From: an uncultured delta proteobacterium
GTDB lineage: Bacteria; Desulfobacterota; Binatia; UBA9968
Direction of reading: 5' to 3'
DNA: 64,000 nucleotides
Assembly (NCBI GenBank): GCA_963745835.1
Contig: CAVUZH010000022.1
Span: 320,001 to 384,000, forward strand
Position numbers and translations under genes: made by a program. Below are positions 28,772-38,647 of this stretch, piece after piece. The stretch's first letter is position 1, and every line of letters begins with the position of its first letter. The notes under the pieces are model-generated. The model was given only the letters and a program-made list of their open reading frames with translations, searched no databases and was not told the DNA's origin.

Positions 28772-28927
28772 ATGCTCGAGCTAATCACGTTGATAGAATT
28801 CATTGTTGCCTTTCTGATGGGACTTGCGGCTTGCTGCTTTCTCTTCTGGGGAATTCTCGATGGCGCCTTCGACAATCTCGAAGATATCAAGCACCGGATT
28901 CTGGAGATTGAAAAAGATGAACCATGA
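28772..28927 (+). CDS. CcoS/FixS-like small maturation protein (not in ORF track)
   Basis: MLELITLIEFIVAFLMGLAACCFLFWGILDGAFDNLEDIKHRILEIEKDEP; FxW...G.FD..E pattern. Confidence 0.7.
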   Translation: MLELITLIEFIVAFLMGLAACCFLFWGILDGAFDNLEDIKHRILEIEKDEP

Positions 28928-29246
28928 ACATCGCAGCTCGGACGAGCTTGAACACTACGCCGGTGGCGAGATCCAGGCGCGCCACGGGATCGTCAACAGA
29001 TGGCTGCTGGGACTGTATGCCGTGCTCTTTCTCTGGTCGATTCACTACCTGATTGGGCCGTTCGATGGACTGCGGCCGACGTTTGAATTTTGGGGCTGGG
29101 GAGGGTTAGGGGCGGGATTATCCAGCAAGGGCGCAGAACAAGGAGTCGAAGGACTCCAAGTCATCGGTGTGATCGCCCTTTCGATCGTCATGATTTCGGT
29201 CGCCGGCTTCTTTATTTGGGTTGTGATTCTAGCGCGGAAGAAATAA
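28917..29246 (+). CDS. small two-TM protein resembling a CcoP N-terminal anchor, no heme motif
   Basis: GEIQARHGIVNRWLLGLYAVLFLWSIHY pattern; overlaps the ccoS-like stop. Confidence 0.55.
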   Translation: MNHEHRSSDELEHYAGGEIQARHGIVNRWLLGLYAVLFLWSIHYLIGPFDGLRPTFEFWGWGGLGAGLSSKGAEQGVEGLQVIGVIALSIVMISVAGFFIWVVILARKK

Positions 29247-29432
29247 TTTGTTCGACGCTGTTTGCCGGTCGACACCGCTCGGGAGAGAAGGCGAACGACC
29301 AGCAATTTGGTCCATGGTAGACCCGTCAAAGTACTCCTGATTAACTTATTAGTTCAAGGGACGTAGCGCCTGATGGAGCTCGCTGAGAAAATCGTTTTGG
29401 CGCTTATCTGGGTTGCATTGGCGCTGCTCGCA

Positions 29433-30392
29433 TCAGATGCGGCCTTCAACCTTTTCAGCGCCGTCACTCAAGGCTCGTTTCGTTGATCGTTTGCGTCGTC
29501 CCTCACCGAGCAGGGCGTTGACCAGAATCAAAATCGCGATCGCATACGTGGTACTCCCCACCGCGAACATGACAATGCCGCCGCCGATTTGATCTTCCTG
29601 GGGCGTCAAACCCCACAGCCGCAGAGCCGTTTGGTAGTGCGGGTAGAGAACTTCGCTCGAAAGCGCGATGACACCGGCTAGGATCGTATCTTGAGTGGCG
29701 GCGAAAAAAAGATAGACGATCGACATTCCGTGTTGGATCGGTGCGGGGTGCGACGCAGGCTGAATCACCGGCCACCAGAATACCAGCGCGGTGAGAAAGA
29801 AAAGCACATGCTCGAGATCGTGGATCCACGGCACACGCAAAGCCGTGTCATAGAGAGCCGGATAATGCCAGGCCCACAGATTGATGACATAGAGGCCCCA
29901 AGCCACGGGCATCCAGCCTAAGATATCGCGTGCCCGGCGTATCGCCGAATGACGAGTCAGAAGATGGCCCGCCCGCAATCGCGAATTCCCACGCAGGCCC
30001 CACAACAGGACGGGAACCGGATTAGCCAGCAGGATAAATGGCGGCGCAACCATGATCAGTAGCTCGTGCTGCACCATATGGGCGATGAGCAAGTAAGAGG
30101 CAAGATCGTCGAGGGGCGACAACAGCGCGGCGCCGATGGCAAGCAAACCGATTTCATAAATAACCAGTTGAGAGAGGTTCGCCACTCCACCGATCTCTCT
30201 TAGGCGAAACCAGCCACGCATATAAAGCGCTGCAAAAATGGCCAAGACCGCAATAACATCCCAGCGCCAATGCCAATCGGTGAGCACCCTATTGCCATCG
30301 GCGATATGGGCGGGAGCCGGCGCGGTCCAGCCCATCAAAAAAAACGTTGCAATGAAAAAGACCGCCCAGTGGGTATCTTCTTGACTGGCCAT
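29433..30392 (-). CDS. ctaG: cytochrome c oxidase assembly factor CtaG (Caa3_CtaG type)
   Basis: SPLD, AHMVQHELL, WAWHYPALYD, HDLEH, FWWPVI, EDQIGGG. Confidence 0.85.
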   Translation of the reverse strand: MASQEDTHWAVFFIATFFLMGWTAPAPAHIADGNRVLTDWHWRWDVIAVLAIFAALYMRGWFRLREIGGVANLSQLVIYEIGLLAIGAALLSPLDDLASYLLIAHMVQHELLIMVAPPFILLANPVPVLLWGLRGNSRLRAGHLLTRHSAIRRARDILGWMPVAWGLYVINLWAWHYPALYDTALRVPWIHDLEHVLFFLTALVFWWPVIQPASHPAPIQHGMSIVYLFFAATQDTILAGVIALSSEVLYPHYQTALRLWGLTPQEDQIGGGIVMFAVGSTTYAIAILILVNALLGEGRRKRSTKRALSDGAEKVEGRI

Positions 30393-30622
30393 CTACAGAC
30401 TGCGCCGAATCATTTGAATTCATGCATACCACAGAAATGCCGCATGTCAGAAGTTAGAAGTTGTTCGTTCGGCACCTCCGTCCAGAGAACTCATAGCTCG
30501 ATTGTCTCGCACTCATTTGTGCTCAGTCTTAATCGCGACAAAGTGGACGCCGCCATTGCCTGCAACCGATTGCGCGCGGATCGTCTTGGAGTTTCACCCC
30601 GATCCTTGATACAACCAGGACC

Positions 30623-31915
30623 GTGCCATTCTCTGCTCCCGCGAAGCACGCAACCAACGAGTCTAAGTTTTTTTATGGCTGGGTCATTGTCGCCGTCGGC
30701 TTCCTCGCGCACATCGCATCTGCATTTTCGATATCGAGCACGCTGAGCGTTTTTCTTAAACCACTGTCGCAGGACTTAGGAATTTCCCGGGGAGTTTTCT
30801 CCTTGATCCGATCCGGAGAAATACTCGTTGGCGCGGTGGCAGCGCCATTGGTCGGTTCTCTATTGGATCGGCATGGAGCAAGGTGGCTTATAGCCGCAGG
30901 GGGGTTGGTGTCGGGAGCGGGCTTTTTACTGCTGGGTCAGGCGCGGGATTTTTGGCAGTTTGCAATCGTTCGCTGGCTTCTTATCAGCCCAGGCGACATG
31001 CTCATGGGCTCCATGGTCGTGAATGTTTCAATCTCCCAATGGTTCGTGCGCATGCGCGGCCGCGCTCTCGCCCTTGCCGGCATGGGACACGGCTTAGCCA
31101 AAGTCTGTATGCCGTTGCTGGCGGCCTCGCTCATCCTCTACGTCGGCTGGCGCGGCGTATGGGTGGTCTTCGGCGCGCTAACGCTCGCGCTGGTGGTCGG
31201 TCCTTCGTTACTGCTCATGCGGCGGCGCCCGGAAGACATGGGTCTTTTGCCAGATGGCAGATCCACCGGTGAAAGCGACAGCGTGACCGCAGAGCAATCA
31301 AACAAGTTGAAATCGCGACGGCGCCCGGCTGAGGAGGTATTTTGGAGTCGTGGTGAAGCATTACGCACTCGCGCCTTCTGGCTCATTGTCACCACGTTCG
31401 GAGTTGCCCACGTGGGCGTGACCGGCCTCAACCTTCACGTCTTTTCCTATGTCAGCGATCAAGGTCATCCGGATATGGTGGCAGCGCTGGTAATGAGCAT
31501 CATTGCTGTGATGCAGTTTAGTACACCGATGGTCTGGGGAGTGCTCGCCGAACGCGCAAACGTCGCTAGGCTGATCATGGCGAAGTTTTTGATTCAAGCG
31601 TTCGGCATTCTGTTGGCGCTTTCCGATCCCGGAGTTGTTTCCCTCTACGCCGGCTTTTTTCTTTACGGCATCGGCATGGGTGGGACCTCGATCTTGGCGG
31701 AGATGATTTGGGCCAACTACTTCGGGCGCATCTCGCTGGGCCGAATCCGCGGCATGGGCTCCTTGATCACCAGCGCATTTTCCGCCGGCGGCCCGCCGTT
31801 CTTCGGTCTGTTGTTCGACGCCACCCAGAGCTATTCCCTCTCCTTCAGCATCTTCATCGCCATGCTGTTCGCCTCGGCGTTCCTAAGCCTTTTCCTAAGA
31901 GCGCCGGCAAAGTAA
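30623..31915 (+). CDS. MFS transporter (OFA/MCT-like)
   Basis: FFYGWVIV, GSLLDRHGAR, QWFVRMRGRA, YFGRISLGRIRG; about 12 TM helices. Confidence 0.9.
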   Translation: MPFSAPAKHATNESKFFYGWVIVAVGFLAHIASAFSISSTLSVFLKPLSQDLGISRGVFSLIRSGEILVGAVAAPLVGSLLDRHGARWLIAAGGLVSGAGFLLLGQARDFWQFAIVRWLLISPGDMLMGSMVVNVSISQWFVRMRGRALALAGMGHGLAKVCMPLLAASLILYVGWRGVWVVFGALTLALVVGPSLLLMRRRPEDMGLLPDGRSTGESDSVTAEQSNKLKSRRRPAEEVFWSRGEALRTRAFWLIVTTFGVAHVGVTGLNLHVFSYVSDQGHPDMVAALVMSIIAVMQFSTPMVWGVLAERANVARLIMAKFLIQAFGILLALSDPGVVSLYAGFFLYGIGMGGTSILAEMIWANYFGRISLGRIRGMGSLITSAFSAGGPPFFGLLFDATQSYSLSFSIFIAMLFASAFLSLFLRAPAK

Positions 31916-31994
31916 CCCTCATTTTTGCTTCGGCTCGCTTACTTGTGCGCGATAGCAATTCTGTCTATCTTTCATGTTTCGGAGCCGCGAACAC

Positions 31995-33077
31995 ATGAAG
32001 CCAGAGATCAGTACCCACGTTGAACCACATGCGCAATTTAACGGCCCGATCCGGCGAGCGGGAATCAATTGCAATCTTTGGTACATGATCGCGATGTCGT
32101 CGGAAATTCAACAACGACCAGTGCGGCGGGAGATTTGGAAACAGCCGGTCGTGCTCTTCAGAACTCGACAGGGCGAGATGCGCGCATTGGAAGATCGCTG
32201 CGCGCATCGTCTTGTGAGATTAAGCCGCGGACGAGTGAAAGACGACAAGATCGAGTGCGCCTATCATGGCTGGCAGTTCAACGGCGCCGGTCGCTGTGTG
32301 CATATTCCGCACCTGGGATCCAGAACGACTTTGCCAAACTCTACAGTTCGATCGTTTCCGGTAGTCGAAAAGCACGGTTTCGTCTGGATATTTCCGGGCA
32401 ACCCGGCATTGTCTGATATTACTGCCCCTATGGAAATGAACGAATGGGATGACCTCAACGAAATCTCCAGCTTTGTGACGTTGAGGACTCGATCTCATTT
32501 TTCCTACCTCATCGAAAACTTGATGGACATGTACCACGGCAGCTTACATGCGCAGTACCAGGTATGGATAGCCGAATCGCTTAAGGAAGTGGTTGAAGGC
32601 GAAAAACAGGTTTCGGCAACTTACCAAGCCACGACGTACTACGAGGTAAAAAATCTCGGCTCCATTCTCCAGCTGTTCATCCCCTCACTCCGAAAGCTTC
32701 ATTCGGTTCCTCTAACCGTCACCTATGAATATCCCAACTGGAAGTCGGCGCTTGGAGAGGACTTCAAGATCTACTGCCTCATTTGCCCGGTTAACGAACG
32801 TTCAACCAATGCTTACCTTATTCACTACACATCCCTGGCCAAGTTCAAAGGCTTGAATACTGCGCCGGTTGCCATTCGACGCCTTTTGAAGCGCGCTCTG
32901 AGCAATGTCGCTAAAAAATTGTTGGCGAATCTAGTTCGTCAGGACGTCATAATGATCGAGGACGAACAGGCAGCCTTCGACCAGGACCCGCTGCGCCAGC
33001 CATTTGAAGTCAACCGCGCCATCCGCCGCGTACAGGAACTAGTTCGGCGCCAGGCAACTGACCAACCGCTCAATTAG
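31995..33077 (+). CDS. Rieske non-heme iron oxygenase alpha subunit (possibly CruH-like)
   Basis: CAHR...CAYHGW Rieske motif; ENLMDMYHGSLH iron motif. Confidence 0.85.
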   Translation: MKPEISTHVEPHAQFNGPIRRAGINCNLWYMIAMSSEIQQRPVRREIWKQPVVLFRTRQGEMRALEDRCAHRLVRLSRGRVKDDKIECAYHGWQFNGAGRCVHIPHLGSRTTLPNSTVRSFPVVEKHGFVWIFPGNPALSDITAPMEMNEWDDLNEISSFVTLRTRSHFSYLIENLMDMYHGSLHAQYQVWIAESLKEVVEGEKQVSATYQATTYYEVKNLGSILQLFIPSLRKLHSVPLTVTYEYPNWKSALGEDFKIYCLICPVNERSTNAYLIHYTSLAKFKGLNTAPVAIRRLLKRALSNVAKKLLANLVRQDVIMIEDEQAAFDQDPLRQPFEVNRAIRRVQELVRRQATDQPLN

Positions 33078-33113
33078 CACATCGGCTGGGCGCGCTCTCA
33101 GGATTTCACACCG

Positions 33114-34628
33114 ATGCTTAGAAGCTTTTTGCGGTCGAAAATAAAAAGCAAACTTAGCGGTTATAGCATCGTCATCAACCAACCCGATCCGACTAAACCC
33201 CAATCCCTTCAGTCAGTCAAAAAGGTCGCTGTGGTGGGCGGTGGGCTGGCCGGGATCGGCGCGGCATCCCTTCTCGGAGAGCGAGGATTCCAAGTGACCT
33301 TGTTCGAGCGCAATCATTATCTCGGCGGCAAAGTCGGCTGCTGGAATGTTCCCTTCGAAGACGGCAACACTATCAAGGTCGACCATGGCTTCCACGCATT
33401 TTTCCGGCACTACTACAACTTACGATCGTTCTTGGAGAAGATCGGCGCAGCGGAACATTTGAAAACCATTGCCGACTACCTGGTTCTGGCCAAAGATCGA
33501 CGACATTTTAGTTTCAAGAACGTCGAGACAACGCCGGTACTGAACATCTTATCTCTGGGCAAGAATAAATTTTTCAGATTTCGCGAGGTATTGTTCAGCC
33601 CGCCAAGCTGGAGGATGGGCGAGTTCCTGGAATACGATGCAGCAAAAACTTTTGCCAAATATGACTCCAGCAGCTTCGCAGAATTCTCAAGGAAAGCGAG
33701 TTTACCGGAATCTCTGCAACTGATTTTTAATACATTTGCCAGAGCTTTCTTCGCCCCGGCCGACAAGCTGAGTACAGCCGAGTTGATGAAAAGTTTTCAT
33801 TTTTTCTACCTCAGCCACAATCATGGCCTGCTTTATGATTATTTCGACACCGACTATCAAGAGGCCTTGATCCAACCGGCAACCCGGTACCTAAATCAAC
33901 ACAATGTCTCCATCAAACTAAACCGAAGTGTGGAAGAAACACGGCGCGACAATGACAGGTTCATCGTCGAATCGGAATCGTTCGACTACCTGATTCTAGC
34001 CAGCGATGTGGTCGGAACAAAAAACATCTGCGCAAACTCTCCGTGGATCAAGACATCTTCGGAAAAGACCTACTCGGAATTGATCTCGTTGAAGGCTTCC
34101 GCCGGCTACGCCGTGTACAGGATGTGGTTAAACAAAAGAACCGGCGACGACTTACCGGTATTTATCATTACCGAGAAGCATGACATTCTGGACTCGGTTA
34201 CTTTCTACCATCAATTCGATAAAAGCTCGGCTGCGTGGGCGCAGGGTTCCGCCGGCGGCGTTTACGAGCTGCACTGTTATTCGCTACCCTCCGGCGCAGT
34301 TTCGGAAAACGATGTGAAGGCGGCTTTTGTGGCCGAACTCCATTTTTATTTCCCGGAGCTTCGCGATGCCAAAATAATCTACGATCATCTTCAAATCAGG
34401 CATGATTTTACCGCGTTCTATACAAACCTGAACAAGAGCAGACCCGAGTTCACAACCGCAATACCGAACTTCTATCTCGCGGGCGACTGGGTAAAGACGG
34501 GCACTCCGGCAATGCTGATGGAAGGAGCCTACACGTCCGGGATTATGTGCGCCAACGGCATTCTGACCAAGCACGGCCTCCAGGAGGAACCGGTACGATC
34601 GGTGCCGATCCGGGGAATCTTCGCTTAG
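33114..34628 (+). CDS. carotenoid desaturase/methyltransferase, CrtU-like FAD oxidoreductase
   Basis: VVGGGLAG, YLGGKV, DHGFHAFFRHYYNL, GGVYELHCY, LAGDWV...LMEGAYTSG; next to a lycopene cyclase. Confidence 0.75.
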   Translation: MLRSFLRSKIKSKLSGYSIVINQPDPTKPQSLQSVKKVAVVGGGLAGIGAASLLGERGFQVTLFERNHYLGGKVGCWNVPFEDGNTIKVDHGFHAFFRHYYNLRSFLEKIGAAEHLKTIADYLVLAKDRRHFSFKNVETTPVLNILSLGKNKFFRFREVLFSPPSWRMGEFLEYDAAKTFAKYDSSSFAEFSRKASLPESLQLIFNTFARAFFAPADKLSTAELMKSFHFFYLSHNHGLLYDYFDTDYQEALIQPATRYLNQHNVSIKLNRSVEETRRDNDRFIVESESFDYLILASDVVGTKNICANSPWIKTSSEKTYSELISLKASAGYAVYRMWLNKRTGDDLPVFIITEKHDILDSVTFYHQFDKSSAAWAQGSAGGVYELHCYSLPSGAVSENDVKAAFVAELHFYFPELRDAKIIYDHLQIRHDFTAFYTNLNKSRPEFTTAIPNFYLAGDWVKTGTPAMLMEGAYTSGIMCANGILTKHGLQEEPVRSVPIRGIFA

Positions 34629-34653
34629 AGCTTCAGCTAATCTCGGAACCTAA

Positions 34654-35328
34654 ATGTCACTAACCTATTTGCTATTAAATCTCTGCATCATCGCCGTACC
34701 CCTATGGTACACACCGGACAAGCGTACCGCCTATTATCGTCGGTTGCCGGCGCTGGGTTTTTCGATCGCCGTGGTGAGCACCTGCTATTTGCTGTGGGAT
34801 ATACTGGTTACCGCACGCGGCGAGTGGAGCTTCAACGGCAAATACTTGACCGGCGTGCAGATCCTCAACATTCCTCTCGAAGAAGTTCTGTTTTTTATCA
34901 CTGTTCCGTATAGCTGCTTATTCATCTATGAGGTGGTGCTGTATGCAACGAAAGGCAGCAAATTCAGACTGCCGGCGAGCGTTATCATCGCAATGATCCT
35001 CGCTCTACTCGCGTCGAGCCTCGCCTTCTATCCGCAAGGCTACACCAGCAAGGCATTGGCCTCCTGCGGTTTTTTTCTCATGATCGCACTCTTGCTCGAT
35101 CGGTCGCTTCTCGAAAGCAAACATTATTGGATGTGGCTGGCAATCTGTTATGTGCCCTTCCTAATCATCAATACGGTGCTGACGGCGCTTCCTGTGGTTG
35201 AGTACAACAGTAAGGCGATCTGGGGATTGCGCGTCGGCACGATTCCGCTGGAGGATTTCTTCTATAACTACGCGATGTTGTCCTTCTATCTGTTGGTTTA
35301 CCGGATCGGTAAGAAATTCATTCAGTAA
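34654..35328 (+). CDS. lycopene cyclase, CrtYcd-type (two fused domains)
   Basis: Duplicated IPLEE/IPLED motifs, WD, W.FN; membrane protein. Confidence 0.85.
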   Translation: MSLTYLLLNLCIIAVPLWYTPDKRTAYYRRLPALGFSIAVVSTCYLLWDILVTARGEWSFNGKYLTGVQILNIPLEEVLFFITVPYSCLFIYEVVLYATKGSKFRLPASVIIAMILALLASSLAFYPQGYTSKALASCGFFLMIALLLDRSLLESKHYWMWLAICYVPFLIINTVLTALPVVEYNSKAIWGLRVGTIPLEDFFYNYAMLSFYLLVYRIGKKFIQ

Positions 35329-35584
35329 GCGGTCCACGCCTTAAGCTTCAAAGCGGTAGAACTCTTCTGCGTTGCGATGCAGAAACGCTTCCTTGCTCTT
35401 TTCAGAAGTCGTCAAGGATCGTATCTGCGCTCTCCGTTCAATCGCTGTTGTATGAACTGATTGATCGGCGGAGCTGGGCAGAAGAGATTGCCATAACCAG
35501 ATTTCGTTCGCTCCATCCCGGGATTTCTGATATTGACCTCGTTCAAAGCCATTCACTAACAAAGCCTCGACAGGAGGTTTTTCC

Positions 35585-36577
35585 ATGAAGCCGATAACGT
35601 CGCTATTGGTTTGGCTCATTCTCTTCACTATGCCTGCGAGCGCCTTGCCCGCAGACAGGCTCTTGGGCGTTCATTCCGCGCGGGTCATGTCTCAGTCCAT
35701 GCCTTGGATTGCCGAGGAGGCGGGACTCTTTCGCCGATATGAGCTTGAGTTTCCGCTGGTCTACATCGGCTCTTCTCCGCTTGCGACAGCCGCGATGCTC
35801 GGCGGAGACGGAGAACTTCTAATGGATGGAGGTCTGGGGCCCGTGCGCGCGTTTGTTCAAGGGACCACCGAGCTCGTCTGCATCGGTGGACAGAAAAATA
35901 TTTTGACCCAGAGTATTTTGGCCAAGCCGCCGATCAAGAGACTGGAAGATTTGCGGGGAAAGAAGGTCGGCGTTACCCGGATCGGAGCCACGACCCATTA
36001 TTTTGCCACTCAGGCCTTTCGCAAAATCGGCATGGAGGCAGGACGGGACTACACGATGATCCAAACCGGCGGAGCGCCGGAGATGCTCGCGGCACTGGTA
36101 AGCGGCGCGATCGACGCGGGAACTCTATCATCGCCGTTGGACGCCCAGGCCGTCGCCCTGGGTCACCAATACATCGTCTACGGACCGGATCTCCGCATTC
36201 CTCAGGTTGCCGTGGGATTTATGACACGGCGCTCTACACTCGCCAAGCGGCCTCAGGTTCTCGGGCGATTTATGCGCGTGATGGCGGAAGCCGCAAAGAT
36301 TCTGCACACGGACAAAGAGTTTACGTTCAAAGTCTTGGGCAAACAGCTGAGGATTGACGACCGTAAAATTCTCGAAACCGGTTACAACGCCGAAATCAAA
36401 GCCTTGGAGCCGAGGCTGACGATCAGGCCTGAGGCTTTTCAGGCAGTGCTGGATGACGTCGCGCAGATCGATCCACGCGCCAAAAAAGTAAAGCCCGAAG
36501 ATATTATCGACCGGCGATTTCTTGACGAGATGACCAAGAGCGGTTTCTTCGACCAGCTCTGGGGAGAAAAATCCTAG
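35585..36577 (+). CDS. ABC substrate-binding protein, NMT1/SsuA family
   Basis: PWIAEEAGLF, DLRGKKVGVTR.G, IDRRFLDEM; AGGAGG RBS. Confidence 0.88.
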   Translation: MKPITSLLVWLILFTMPASALPADRLLGVHSARVMSQSMPWIAEEAGLFRRYELEFPLVYIGSSPLATAAMLGGDGELLMDGGLGPVRAFVQGTTELVCIGGQKNILTQSILAKPPIKRLEDLRGKKVGVTRIGATTHYFATQAFRKIGMEAGRDYTMIQTGGAPEMLAALVSGAIDAGTLSSPLDAQAVALGHQYIVYGPDLRIPQVAVGFMTRRSTLAKRPQVLGRFMRVMAEAAKILHTDKEFTFKVLGKQLRIDDRKILETGYNAEIKALEPRLTIRPEAFQAVLDDVAQIDPRAKKVKPEDIIDRRFLDEMTKSGFFDQLWGEKS

Positions 36578-36712
36578 GTTGACCGCTCGTTCATATGCGG
36601 ATGCAAGCGGCAACGGCTGCCGCCCTGGCGAAAGGTCGTCCGCGCCTGCTACAGCAGAGCGAGAATAATGTCCTGACAAATTGACGCTGTCTGAGAGTGC
36701 CAGAGCGTCTGG

Positions 36713-37717
36713 TCAGCGGCAGCTCATGCTTGGCTTATAAACCTGGTGAATCGTTGAGCCGCTGCTGCCGCCTTGAGCCGTACCACCGCCGGGCAAATGA
36801 ATATTGCCGTCGATAAACGCCAGTCCGGTCACACCATGGACCGCAATCGGCATCGCCTCCAGAGCGTGCCAGCTATCGGTAAGCGGGTTATAGTAGTCAT
36901 GATCTGGAAAGACACCGTAAGGATGATTCGGATTACCCTCGCCGCCAAACAGATGGAAGCAACCGTTGGCAAAGATGCCGTTGACGCCGCCGCGCGGTTT
37001 GAGCATCGATTTTTTCGCCGACCATGAATTGGTTTTGGGATCGAAGACCTCCACCGCATCCGTGGTCTTGCTGCGAAAGCCGCCCTCGAAACGCCCGCCG
37101 AAAACATAAACTTTGCCGTCATGAGCGCCAGCGGCGAGATGGTTTCGCTGCGTCGGCAAATTAGCCAACGCCGTCCAGTTGTCCGCTTTCGGATCGTAAA
37201 CGGCGAGATCATGACCGCGCGGCGGGCGACCACCGGCGACATAGATTCTTCCATCGACAACTGCGGCAACGCCGCCGCCGCGCATCGTCGGCATCGGCGC
37301 TCGAGCGGTCCACTTGCCGGTTGCCGGATCGTACTCGTAAACCGTATTAACAAATCCGGCCTTGTCCGGTTCGCTGCTTTCGGTGGTCTGCCCGCCGATT
37401 ACATAGATCTTGCCGTTCACGGCCGCGGGCATGATGTGATTGAGCGCTTGCGGCAACGGCGCGATGATCTGCCATTTGTCGGTTTTGGAATCGTAAACTT
37501 GAACGTCCGCGACGGTTTTACGATCCGCTGGATAGCCGCCGATCACGTAAATCTTGCCGTCTAGCTCGGCCACGCCGAACTCGGAATTGGTTCGCGGCAA
37601 CGGGGTTTTCACACTCCATGCGCCGCGCTCGTTGCCGTTCTGTTTTTCCGCCGCGAAGGATATGATAGCCGAAAGCCCGCATCCCAAAATGATTGCGCTT
37701 AGAACAATTCGCTTCAT
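36713..37717 (-). CDS. secreted Kelch-repeat protein
   Basis: Repeated GKIYVIGG...YDP...W units; signal peptide. Confidence 0.92.
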   Translation of the reverse strand: MKRIVLSAIILGCGLSAIISFAAEKQNGNERGAWSVKTPLPRTNSEFGVAELDGKIYVIGGYPADRKTVADVQVYDSKTDKWQIIAPLPQALNHIMPAAVNGKIYVIGGQTTESSEPDKAGFVNTVYEYDPATGKWTARAPMPTMRGGGVAAVVDGRIYVAGGRPPRGHDLAVYDPKADNWTALANLPTQRNHLAAGAHDGKVYVFGGRFEGGFRSKTTDAVEVFDPKTNSWSAKKSMLKPRGGVNGIFANGCFHLFGGEGNPNHPYGVFPDHDYYNPLTDSWHALEAMPIAVHGVTGLAFIDGNIHLPGGGTAQGGSSGSTIHQVYKPSMSCR

Positions 37718-37777
37718 ACGTACGCTCCTATTTGGAACCCAAGTACTTTCTCTTCACCCGAGTTGATAAAATAGTTC

Positions 37778-38641
37778 TCATCCAAAGCCGTCTAAGCGAT
37801 AAACATCGGCGGTATTTTTCCAAAGCAGCCTCTGCTTCGAATCCTCCTTTAACCCGAGTTCATTAATTTCGCGAGTAGCTCTTTCGAAATCGATGATGGG
37901 GAAGTCCGTTCCGAACAAAACCTTGTCTTGCCCCCAGCTATTTATGAACTGAACGAACTCGGGCTTCCAGAATTTAGGCGCGTATGCGTCCGAACCGATG
38001 TAAACGTTAGGATGCTTCCATGCTACTGAAATCATTTCCTCGACCCACGGCCATCCTGTATGAATTCCAATGATCTTTAGTTCGGGAAAATCACACGCGA
38101 TGGTATCCAACGTGATCGGCCGGCCGACACTTCTGAGCGGCCTCTCTCGTGAATAGAGAAGGCAGTGGCCAACCTGCATCTGGATCGGAATGTTTAGCTC
38201 AACGCATTTTGCGTAAAAGGGATAGTACTTTCGATGGTGCGGAGCCATCTCGAACCAATGGGGATACACGTGCGCGCCGACAAAGCCGAGCTCACAGATA
38301 GCGTGCTCCAGCTCTCGCACACCGTCCATTCCTTCTGTAGGATCGATTCCAGCCAGCCCCTTGAAACGCTTTGGATATTTCCTCACAACATCCGCGACGA
38401 TCTCATAGGGCAACTGCCAATTGGATGGATGTCCTTTACTCCCTGATCGAGACGCGGCGATGAATGCCATCTGGATCCCTGCGCGGTCCATGCGCTCGAT
38501 GTATTTCTCGATCGTAAGACCCTCTAAGATTTCTGCATCAGCACCGATTTTTCCGCCGATGAAATCTTTGCGCCACTTGGGCTTGAGCGGCAAAACCTCC
38601 GGCGTGTGCAGGTTGATGACAATGTCGATAGCACCCGGCAT
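37778..38641 (-). CDS. amidohydrolase family 2 protein
   Basis: HTGWPW, KHPNVY, KVLFGTDFP. Confidence 0.9.
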   Translation of the reverse strand: MPGAIDIVINLHTPEVLPLKPKWRKDFIGGKIGADAEILEGLTIEKYIERMDRAGIQMAFIAASRSGSKGHPSNWQLPYEIVADVVRKYPKRFKGLAGIDPTEGMDGVRELEHAICELGFVGAHVYPHWFEMAPHHRKYYPFYAKCVELNIPIQMQVGHCLLYSRERPLRSVGRPITLDTIACDFPELKIIGIHTGWPWVEEMISVAWKHPNVYIGSDAYAPKFWKPEFVQFINSWGQDKVLFGTDFPIIDFERATREINELGLKEDSKQRLLWKNTADVYRLDGFG

Positions 38642-38647
38642 ATTCGG

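Noticed and set aside
28824-28916. N-terminal extension of the 28824-29246 ORF
   Set aside because: It overlaps the ccoS-like gene in another frame; ATG 28917 is preferred.
29372-29486. Short hydrophobic ORF MELAEKIVLALIWVALALLAS...
   Set aside because: Weak RBS, overlaps the ctaG 3' end, and no recognisable family.
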